Positions 1-7,672 of a stretch of DNA of 64,000 nt are shown in pieces; the stretch's first letter is position 1; each line of letters starts with the position of its first letter. The position numbers and the translations under genes are program-made. Under the pieces are notes generated by a model. That model ran no database searches. It was given only the letters and a program-made list of their open reading frames with translations, and was not told the origin of the DNA. The stretch is from Candidatus Auribacterota bacterium (GTDB taxonomy: Bacteria > Auribacterota > JAFGBW01 > JAFGJP01), in the NCBI GenBank assembly GCA_023144635.1, contig JAGLFH010000037.1, positions 26,489 through 90,488 on the forward strand. The letters run 5' to 3'.

Positions 1-256
1 TATCACCGTTTTCAATTGCAGCTGCCTGTTTACTGATAAGAGGATCTGCAACTTCTCTTCCAGATTTTATTCCCATAAATATACCACCGGAAAGAAGTGC
101 AACGAAAAGGATTATTATTACTATACATCCGCACCCTCCAATAAGTATCCATTTAAGCGGACTCTTTTTTTTAGCTGGCGGCTGACTAGGTGTTTGAATA
201 GGCGCTCCATTAGACGGTTCACTTGCAGGAATGGATGGATTCATTTCATTATTCAT
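1..256 (-). CDS. hypothetical membrane protein (5' end complete, 3' end beyond window start)
   Basis: ATG at 256-254 with GGAG-type SD about 6 nt upstream; at least 85 codons open to position 1; one predicted TM helix (WILIGGCGCIVIIILFVALLSGGIF). Absent from ORF track because truncated by the window edge. Confidence 0.4.
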   Translation of the reverse strand, partial: MNNEMNPSIPASEPSNGAPIQTPSQPPAKKKSPLKWILIGGCGCIVIIILFVALLSGGIFMGIKSGREVADPLISKQAAAIENGD

Positions 257-273
257 AAGACATCTCCTTTTTA

Positions 274-1371
274 TTAATTGTTAACTTTATGAAACTTCTT
301 TTGTGAACTTTTTTCTCTTTTTCCCCATGTGAGAAACTTTCTTTTAACCTGAAAGCCATTACTCTTGAGAAATTTCACCATACCAGTCTTTGTCACAAGA
401 TGCCCAAAGCCTATTGCAATAAAAGCATTTCCTTTATTAAGATAAGGTAAAACCGCTCTGTTCATACGGTGATTTCTTTCAGTATATATTTTTTCATATA
501 GTTCTTTAGTCTCATTTTTTGAAATGCTTTCGATTAAAACATCTTCGATCTTTTTTACGTTCCCGCTAACATAAAGGTTCTTTAACTGAACCAGTTCCTT
601 TTTAGTTTTAGGATCAACAGATTCTTCAAGAAAAGTTTCTTGAATTTTTGGAGAAAGCTCCTCAAAATAAGATACCTGATCATCTACAGTTTCAAGCCCG
701 ACAGTTTTTATTTTATTTTTCTGAGCCAGTTGTATTACATAAAGATCCATTGGCAGATCCAGTAAATTAATAAATTCCTGACTCTGGAACTGTTGTGCAA
801 GCATACCAAGGTACCATGGCTTACATTTATTAGTAAACTGGCGAGGTAATCCAAACTTTGAAAAGAACCTCATTACTTTTGAATATAATTGCTGTGAGAT
901 AGATGTTTTTAATGTCTTATTGCCTTTAAACTGACCTGCAACACTTATTTTATTAAGTGCTTCAGAAAAATCATTTATTTCTACGATTATGACATCACTT
1001 GATATTATTTTTTTTCTTAAATTCCTAAGATATGAACCCGGAAGAATGTGCATAGTTCCAAAAAGAATGCTTTTTTTTCCATTTTTTACTGCTTCCCAAT
1101 AACAGATCTTTTGTTCGTTTTGAGGAGAAGCTGACGAAAAATTAACAGGAAAAAAGAAAACAGATATTAAAAAGATAAACAAAAATACAATACGTGAAAT
1201 AAAAAAATGAACAAACTTGCGTTTACCCGCCTCCGCAACGGATATGCTTCGGCGAGATTTCACAGAGTAGATGCGTGAAGTGCCATGGGTGACTGCCTTA
1301 AACTTTGTCGAAGGGTTAGCTTGTGAGGTTTCATTATTATGTTGATTATTTAGCATCTTTAATTGATTCAT
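274..1371 (-). CDS. TraB/GumN family protein
   Basis: 365-aa ORF; motifs LFGTMHILPGSY and AIGFGHLVTKTGMVKFLKSNGFQV resemble the TraB/GumN family; N-terminal hydrophobic segment. Start may be a downstream Met (overlaps the upstream PilZ gene by 26 nt). Confidence 0.6.
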   Translation of the reverse strand: MNQLKMLNNQHNNETSQANPSTKFKAVTHGTSRIYSVKSRRSISVAEAGKRKFVHFFISRIVFLFIFLISVFFFPVNFSSASPQNEQKICYWEAVKNGKKSILFGTMHILPGSYLRNLRKKIISSDVIIVEINDFSEALNKISVAGQFKGNKTLKTSISQQLYSKVMRFFSKFGLPRQFTNKCKPWYLGMLAQQFQSQEFINLLDLPMDLYVIQLAQKNKIKTVGLETVDDQVSYFEELSPKIQETFLEESVDPKTKKELVQLKNLYVSGNVKKIEDVLIESISKNETKELYEKIYTERNHRMNRAVLPYLNKGNAFIAIGFGHLVTKTGMVKFLKSNGFQVKRKFLTWGKREKSSQKKFHKVNN

Positions 1372-1753
1372 GAATAAATTCTTCTAAAGTTATTTTATCT
1401 ATATCATCTATGTTTAAAAACTGAATTCCAATAGCATATTTTTTTTCTATTTCGTCAAGGCGCGACCAGACTACCTGTCCTAGAACATTTATGATCTTAC
1501 AGTCAGAATATATAGGTAAAGTTAATTTCATTTTTATATATTTTCCAGCCTTGATCCTTAAGGGAAGCTTTAGCTGAACACCGCCAGCACTTATATTGTT
1601 CGTATATGCATACTGCGAAAGGCCTTCTTCTTTAAGATTGTCTTTATCATATCCACATTCTTTAAAGCGTACAGGGAAAGAAAAAGGAATACGCGTGTAT
1701 TGCCTGCGTTCATTAATTGAATATGAATCATTCTTCTCGAGATTTTTATCCAT
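1346..1753 (-). CDS. PilZ domain protein (putative c-di-GMP binding)
   Basis: 135 aa; RRQYTRIPF ... NISAGGVQL ... GIQF matches the PilZ RxxxR / DxSxGG pattern. Confidence 0.65.
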   Translation of the reverse strand: MDKNLEKNDSYSINERRQYTRIPFSFPVRFKECGYDKDNLKEEGLSQYAYTNNISAGGVQLKLPLRIKAGKYIKMKLTLPIYSDCKIINVLGQVVWSRLDEIEKKYAIGIQFLNIDDIDKITLEEFIHESIKDAK

Positions 1754-1900
1754 TTCGACCCTTTTTATAATATAATGATACTATCTTTATTAAGATTATA
1801 TAGTCAACGAGAAATTTTTTGAATACTTTAATTTTTATTGTTTCAAAATACTCCTCATATTTATATAATCATATATATAAACACGCAACAGGAGCTTTTT

Positions 1901-2341
1901 ATGGATTCAAATATCAAAGTAATGATCGTTGATGACTCTCTTCCATTCAGGAGCATACTTTCATCTTTACTCTCAGAGCATCCCGATATAACTGTTGTCG
2001 GAACTGCTTACAGCGGCAAGATGGTCTTAAACAGAATTGAAGAAGAGGGAGCACCTGATATAGTTGTTCTGGATTATGAGATGCCGGAGATGGATGGATT
2101 TCAAACCCTAAAAGTAATAAAATCTAAATATCCACAGGTAAGCGTTATAATGCTGACTGCATATGCACAGCAACAAGACGGCCATTTTGTAAAAAGAGCT
2201 AAAGAGCTTAAAGCTGACGATATTCTTTATAAAGTACGTGATGGAAAATCCAGAGAAGAAAATATAGCTTATATTAAAAAAGAACTTATAAATAAAATTC
2301 TTGAATGTTATAAGGCTAAGTGGACACCAAAAAGGAAATAA
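1901..2341 (+). CDS. response regulator, stand-alone receiver domain (CheB-type receiver)
   Basis: ORF track starts at 1838; ATG at 1901 has GGAG SD 6 nt upstream and yields MDSNIKVMIVDDS...DIVVLDYEMPEMDG...VIMLTA, a typical receiver domain with no output domain. Confidence 0.75.
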   Translation: MDSNIKVMIVDDSLPFRSILSSLLSEHPDITVVGTAYSGKMVLNRIEEEGAPDIVVLDYEMPEMDGFQTLKVIKSKYPQVSVIMLTAYAQQQDGHFVKRAKELKADDILYKVRDGKSREENIAYIKKELINKILECYKAKWTPKRK

Positions 2342-2347
2342 TATTTT

Positions 2348-2479
2348 ATAAACAAAGCTTAATTATGGCTATAATCTCTTTAAAGAAATCAATAAAGTAG
2401 AATCAGATAATTACAAAGTCAGAGACTCCCTCGCATCTTTCTTATAATGAAATAGATCATTTTTTTTAAGCTTTGTTTA
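2348..2479. repeat. inverted-repeat-flanked element (15-bp arms ATAAACAAAGCTTAA / TTAAGCTTTGTTTAc)
   Basis: Arms at 2348-2362 and 2466-2479 enclose about 100 bp that includes a unit repeated again at 2839-2880. Confidence 0.4.
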
Positions 2480-2689
2480 CCTAAAGGCAAGCCCTCTGCA
2501 CTACATCTGCTTTGTTATCAAACATTTCCAGTATAAGAATACAGCACAATGTTTGATGCCTCACATCTGCAGCGCATTTGACTTGTAAAATACTATTTCC
2601 TTTAAATATTTCTTTCATAAATAAAGCTGAATAAGAAACATAAACTCTTTAATCTAAGTCAATTGTCGATAGTCCATAGACCATAGCCA

Positions 2690-2760
2690 GAAATCAGAGG
2701 TCAGAGAACAGAAGAAAAGAAAAAACAAGATACAAAATAAAAAAACATCAAACCAAATTT
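2690..2760. repeat. T-depleted purine-rich low-complexity tract
   Basis: cagaaatcagaggtcagagaacagaagaaaagaaaaaacaagatacaaaataaaaaaac; similar tracts at 25366-25660, 37290-37350, 50485-50625. Confidence 0.45.
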
Positions 2761-3156
2761 AAAATCTCAAACAAATACTATTTCCTTTAAATATCTTCTA
2801 CATAAACAAAGCTGAATTAGAAATCTAACCCTTTTGAGCAAATCAATAAAGTAAACCCAGACAATTACAAAGTCAGCCTTGCAGCACATAAAATTAAATT
2901 CCAATAATCAAAAAAACAAATAACAAAACAAAATCCTAAAAGCCGTCATTCGGGTTTCGTGAATGGAACGCAAGGGTAAAGCACCAAGAACACAGATACA
3001 AAATTTATTATTTATTCATAGGCGAAGGCGGGTGCTAACAATTTAAATAAATAAAAAAAAGAGGCAGAACTTGAATATCTGATAGGTGGAAGAAGAAGGG
3101 TCATCAATTCAAAAGTCCTGCCTCACACGGCCGCCATCCTTGGCCGCAAATCTATA

Positions 3157-3333
3157 TTAAACTATTAGTTGTTTGGCATTTTCATTTTTTTCAAATAAGG
3201 TCTGGGCTTTTGCCTCCTCTGATATATAAGTTAAAATAGATCCCATAAAAGCAATTAATGATATAAAAAAGCCTATATAAAGCAGCAGCTTATTAATAGA
3301 TATATTGATTTTTTTTTCAGCTATGTCCAGCAT
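3157..3333 (-). CDS. small hypothetical membrane peptide (58 aa)
   Basis: ATG at 3333-3331 with GGTGG-like SD; translation MLDIAEKKINISINKLLLYIGFFISLIAFMGSILTYISEEAKAQTLFEKNENAKQLIV has one TM helix; lies inside the 1.3-kb intergenic region; below the ORF-track size cutoff. Confidence 0.15.
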   Translation of the reverse strand: MLDIAEKKINISINKLLLYIGFFISLIAFMGSILTYISEEAKAQTLFEKNENAKQLIV

Positions 3334-3645
3334 ATATCCCCACCATTAATTAATTAACACTTTTATATATTAGTATTATACCATACTTTTCATAAAAAAT
3401 CAATTAAACCAGTAATTTTCATTGTTATGCCTTGCAATATAACCACTTATAGCTACTTTAAAATTATCTAGATATATTATATTATTTTACAAATAGTCAT
3501 ATTGTTGATTATTTTGCTTAACAATTAGTTTTTTAAGAGAAGCAGGCCCTAAACCTATTCTATTTTGCTTATTATAACGTGTTTTTTAAGCTATATAATG
3601 TTTGATAGCTTGAATTAAACAGGAAAATACTCTATATTATTTAGA

Positions 3646-4422
3646 ATGGCTTCTTTTTATTTTACTAATAGTATTAAATTCAAAATATGCTGTTTTTTTA
3701 TTGTAGCTTTAGTCTTGTTTACCGCACCTTTTACCTCCACTGCCAACAACACATTTCCTGTTAAGACCATTGTTATTGATCCTGGACACGGCGGAAAGGA
3801 CCAAGGAGCATCAGGCCCCAGCGGAATAGCTGAAAAAGAGGTAACTCTTGATATTTCCCTAAAACTTAAAAAAGAGCTGGAAAAAACTAAAAAATTCAAG
3901 GTTTTTATGACAAGGACTACCGACAAGTTTGTTTCTTTAAAGAAAAGGAAAAAAATTGCAAAGCGATATAAACCAGATGTTTTAATAAGCATACACTGTG
4001 ATGGTAATAAGGACAGAGATATAAATGGTACAGCAGTTTATATTCTTTCAAAAAAAGGCGAAAATTTTACTATTAAACGATCCCTCACACAGGGTGATTA
4101 TGTTTTTAACGGAAACTACATGAATAACTCACTTGCAGACGCAAATCATACCATGGCAAAAACCATGAAGCAAAGCCGTAAATTGGCTGATATAACATTA
4201 AAATATCTTCTGGCACAATTAGGAACAAAAGATATGCATGTAAGAAAAGCCGGCTTCAAAGTATTAAAGATCCTAGATGTTCCTTCAATACTTATTGAAG
4301 TGGCTTTTATTACAAACTGGTGGGAAGAAAAACAGCTTAAGAAAGATAAATTCCGTCAAAAAGCTGCGGTAGGTATAAGAAAAGCACTTCTTGAGTTCTT
4401 TAAAAATAATCCACATAATTGA
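3646..4422 (+). CDS. N-acetylmuramoyl-L-alanine amidase (Amidase_3 family)
   Basis: 258 aa with signal peptide; VIDPGHGGKDQGASG ... VFMTRTTD ... DVLISIHCD are the Amidase_3 zinc-site motifs. Confidence 0.85.
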   Translation: MASFYFTNSIKFKICCFFIVALVLFTAPFTSTANNTFPVKTIVIDPGHGGKDQGASGPSGIAEKEVTLDISLKLKKELEKTKKFKVFMTRTTDKFVSLKKRKKIAKRYKPDVLISIHCDGNKDRDINGTAVYILSKKGENFTIKRSLTQGDYVFNGNYMNNSLADANHTMAKTMKQSRKLADITLKYLLAQLGTKDMHVRKAGFKVLKILDVPSILIEVAFITNWWEEKQLKKDKFRQKAAVGIRKALLEFFKNNPHN

Positions 4423-5513
4423 AATTGGAAAAACCAATACACATTATATACAGCCTTTCCGGTGAAGGAAGAGGGCATGCAACCGTTGCTCTTGCCATTC
4501 ACAAAGAGCTTACCACCCGACTCCCTCTCCTTAAAATCCATTATTTTTGCGGTGGAAAAGCTTTTTATTTTTTAAACGAATCAGGATTGGATGTAACTAA
4601 AATACCTCACTTAAGTTACTCTTATAAAAAAGGTGCAGTAAAGCCTTTTTCTACCTTTTTAAAAAATTTAAGGATCATGCTCAACAAGAAAAACTTCATT
4701 TCAATAAAGGAACAAATCATAAGTTTTTCACCGGTACTTTGTTTATGCGATTTTGAATATTTTGTCCCAAAAATTATAAAGAAGCTGAAAATACCCCTTA
4801 TAAATATAAACCATCAGGGCATTATTACAGAAACAAAATACCCTGTACCTTTAAAAGAAAGATTAAATCACCTTTCCGCTGTTTTAGGAATACATATGAT
4901 CTCATCTCGCGCTCTAATCAACATCATTACTTCCTTTTTTATACCTCCAGTTAAAAAAAATAAAAAAAATAATATCTTTGTCGGACCAATAATAAGAGAA
5001 AACATTGAAAACTCTAGAAAGACAAACTTAAAAAAGGACTTTGTACTTGTTTATGTCATGGATGAATCTTTTAGCTGGATAGAACCTCTTCTTAGTGAAA
5101 TAACAGAAGAAAATTTTATTATTTCAGGGTTCCCAGCAGCAGATGGTAAAAAACATAAAAACATAATACACAAAAAAATAGATCCTGATGTTTTTCTTGA
5201 AGATCTAAAAGATTGTAAATGCGTTATTGCCACATCAGGGCACACTTTGATTGCCGAAGCACTTGCTCTCCAAAAACCTGTTTTAGCACTTTATCAACCC
5301 AATCAGTTCGAGCAATTTTTAAATGCACACTTTCTGGAAAATATGGGTTACGGTAAATCAATAGAAGCTAAAGGAAATATACTGCCTTCCATTAAAAACT
5401 TTTTGAAAAATATTCCAAGATTTGAAAAAAATATTAAAAACTGTTTTTCTACAGGTAATGCAAAAACAATAGATATCATAATAGAAGAAATAAGAAACAG
5501 AAAAGGCTATTAG
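4419..5513 (+). CDS. glycosyltransferase (MurG/GT28-like fold)
   Basis: 364 aa; N-terminal SGEGRGHATVALAIHKEL glycine-rich loop typical of GT-B (MurG-like) enzymes; TTG start forced by an upstream in-frame stop; overlaps amidase stop by 4 nt. Confidence 0.5.
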   Translation: MKLEKPIHIIYSLSGEGRGHATVALAIHKELTTRLPLLKIHYFCGGKAFYFLNESGLDVTKIPHLSYSYKKGAVKPFSTFLKNLRIMLNKKNFISIKEQIISFSPVLCLCDFEYFVPKIIKKLKIPLININHQGIITETKYPVPLKERLNHLSAVLGIHMISSRALINIITSFFIPPVKKNKKNNIFVGPIIRENIENSRKTNLKKDFVLVYVMDESFSWIEPLLSEITEENFIISGFPAADGKKHKNIIHKKIDPDVFLEDLKDCKCVIATSGHTLIAEALALQKPVLALYQPNQFEQFLNAHFLENMGYGKSIEAKGNILPSIKNFLKNIPRFEKNIKNCFSTGNAKTIDIIIEEIRNRKGY

Positions 5514-5622
5514 CCACAGCCTGTCTCGCCATAATCTACCAAAGGTGGACGAAGGCGGGGGGGAGACACATGAAAGCGTAGTGCGTGTGATGCGTTGAGA
5601 GTGGTGCGTTCAAGGTGCTTCC

Positions 5623-5666
5623 TTTCACGTGACCACGTTGACACGTGGAACGTGACTCACGTGGCG
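5623..5666 (+). repeat. CACGTG-rich 41-nt repeat module (copy 1)
   Basis: ctttCACGTGaccACGTtgacACGTGgaACGTGactcACGTggc; 41/41 identical to 37382-37422. Confidence 0.7.
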
Positions 5667-5774
5667 GAAGCAAATATTAATATTTCACTACGGAAAAGCA
5701 CGAAAAAAACTAAATTTAAAAAAACCTTTTCCTAGATTCCTGCTTCCGCAGGAATGACGTACGTTTTATACTTC

Positions 5775-5806
5775 TACACGGGCACAGCACGCTGTGCCCC
5801 TACTAC
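5775..5806 (+). repeat. REP-like hairpin unit (GTAG-palindrome on complementary strand)
   Basis: tacacGGGCACAGCacGCTGTGCCCctactac; 9-bp arms. Confidence 0.65.
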
Positions 5807-5811
5807 TTTTA

Positions 5812-5850
5812 CAGTGGTACGGGCAGGCGCCCCCGCGTACCGCTGCTCAC
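5812..5850 (+). repeat. REP-like hairpin unit, degenerate
   Basis: cagtGGTACGGGCAGGCGCCCCCGCGTACCgctgctcac; imperfect palindrome. Confidence 0.45.
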
Positions 5851-5918
5851 TTTTTATATTTTTCTTTTCTTTTTTATTTTATTTTAATGTCGTCGAAGAC
5901 ACCATTATTTTTATTTTT

Positions 5919-5950
5919 TTTACATGGGCGAAAGATTTTTCGCCCCTTGT
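5919..5950 (+). repeat. REP-like hairpin unit
   Basis: tacatGGGCGAAAgattTTTCGCCCct; core identical to 55368-55395. Confidence 0.7.
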
Positions 5951-6023
5951 ATGTTTTCACAATTCAGGTAACATCAGAGAAAATATGGGACGCAGATCAA
6001 TAGGATTAAGAGCTTTATTATCT

Positions 6024-6060
6024 TTCACACGGACAGGGACAAGCCCTGTCCCTACATACT
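6024..6060 (+). repeat. REP-like hairpin unit
   Basis: cacacGGACAGGGacaagCCCTGTCCctacatac. Confidence 0.7.
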
Positions 6061-6147
6061 TTTACTTTCTATGGTTCATGACTCTGTGTTCTCTGTGAAC
6101 GTGCTAAAAGTCCGCCGGGGCGGGTGGTGTGAAAGGCTTTTGCTTTT

Positions 6148-7659
6148 TTATCCATAATTTTTATCAATAAGACGCATAATATAATGTTTCTCTATTGCTA
6201 CAATCAGAACAACATGAAAAAAGATATAATGCAATGTATTCGTATCTACAAAAGAATGCACAAATGATCCTACGAAAACACCCAGTAAAGCTACTGATAT
6301 TAATTTTTCATCTTTTTTTAGTTTTTCTTTTGAAATAAATAAAAACATCTTATATATAAGAACAATGTAAAATATTAGTGCTGTCAGTCCTGCAAAAACA
6401 CCCATTTCCACTGAAAGGTTTAGAAAAAGATTATGAGCATGAAAATTATGAAATTCTATCTCTTTAGTAGCATACTTGAGCTTGTCAAAGAACAGCATCA
6501 TATCAATAATATAGGCTGGACCAAACTGTTTATAAAACTCCTCTCCCATATTCAAAAACCCTACTCCAAACAACGGAGAACGCTCTATCATTCTTAAAGA
6601 ATAATCCCATATCTGCCCCCTTCCGCTAAGCCCTGATTTTAAACGCAGAAGAAATATGATCTTCTCCAGATAAATCATAATAACGGCTACGACTGATGAT
6701 ACACCTGCAAAGACCATCTTCCACAAATGTTTAGGACGGACATATAGAAGCACTATCCCGCACCCTATCATCATATTAAGAAGCCCTCCTCTGCTAGAAG
6801 CAATAAGCTGTGCAAAAGCTATGCAAGCAAACAAAAAACCATAAAAGATCTTTAATGAGCGCTTCTTATTCACAAAAAACAAAACAAGGGCTATCGGCGC
6901 AATGGATGCAAGTACAGCACCAAAAATATTCTGATGAAAAAAAACAGAACTGGCTTTAAACTGTTTTAAATCACTTGCCTGCCAGCCAATTTTTAAAGCT
7001 ATATTCTGCCAACCTATGGGAACTATATAATCCTGAAGAAAAAGAAATTTTTGTTTTCTGACAACTATCCACTGCAATATACCGAAAAGAGCCAGAAAAG
7101 TAACGACCAGACAAAGGTTCCTAATAAATACTGAAACTTTCCTTTTTTCATTAAAATAATCACTTAAAGCTAGCATAAACAAAGGAAGAAGAAGCATTCC
7201 TAGGCCGCGAATAAAAGTCTTTGAGGGATTTTCTGCATTAATTGTTGATAAGAGGAAAAAAGTAACCAGAAGAAAAAGAAATTTTTTCGTAAACCCAAAA
7301 TATTTAAGACGAATCTTTACTATAGGCTCTGCATTTCTCTTTAATGACCATATGATACAAAATATAATTATGATTATAGGAGTCATGACCGGTATTGCAA
7401 AAGATATTTCATCAACAGGTGAGTTCTGAAAATACATCATTAGAAATATCAGCGCAACCGCAATATCAGGCTTAAAAAAGATAAGAGCTATTAAAAAAAC
7501 ACCACCAATAATAGCAATTGTATACAGATAGTTATAATTTGAAAAAAAGCTTATGCACCATCCTGCAAAAAGGATTATAAAAAAAAAGATTAAAAGTTTT
7601 TCAGTTTGATCTTTCAGTAAAATTTCTTCTACCCCACGTAAACAAGTTAATAAAAACAT
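6148..7659 (-). CDS. O-antigen ligase / Wzy-like polytopic membrane protein
   Basis: 503 aa, about 10-12 predicted TM helices plus a periplasmic loop, typical of the O-antigen ligase family; directly downstream of the Wzz-like gene. Confidence 0.55.
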   Translation of the reverse strand: MFLLTCLRGVEEILLKDQTEKLLIFFFIILFAGWCISFFSNYNYLYTIAIIGGVFLIALIFFKPDIAVALIFLMMYFQNSPVDEISFAIPVMTPIIIIIFCIIWSLKRNAEPIVKIRLKYFGFTKKFLFLLVTFFLLSTINAENPSKTFIRGLGMLLLPLFMLALSDYFNEKRKVSVFIRNLCLVVTFLALFGILQWIVVRKQKFLFLQDYIVPIGWQNIALKIGWQASDLKQFKASSVFFHQNIFGAVLASIAPIALVLFFVNKKRSLKIFYGFLFACIAFAQLIASSRGGLLNMMIGCGIVLLYVRPKHLWKMVFAGVSSVVAVIMIYLEKIIFLLRLKSGLSGRGQIWDYSLRMIERSPLFGVGFLNMGEEFYKQFGPAYIIDMMLFFDKLKYATKEIEFHNFHAHNLFLNLSVEMGVFAGLTALIFYIVLIYKMFLFISKEKLKKDEKLISVALLGVFVGSFVHSFVDTNTLHYIFFHVVLIVAIEKHYIMRLIDKNYG

Positions 7660-7672
7660 TCATTATAAGGAG

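Noticed and set aside
3657-3992. 111-aa minus-strand ORF inside the amidase gene
   Set aside because: Fully antisense to a well-supported Amidase_3 CDS; no SD; typical shadow ORF.
5754-6098. ORF-track reading frames 5754-6098 and 5794-6003 (114 and 69 aa)
   Set aside because: Lie entirely within the REP-like hairpin/repeat mosaic; composition is repeat-driven (Phe/Thr/Arg runs), no SD, and the same repeats occur in both orientations elsewhere.
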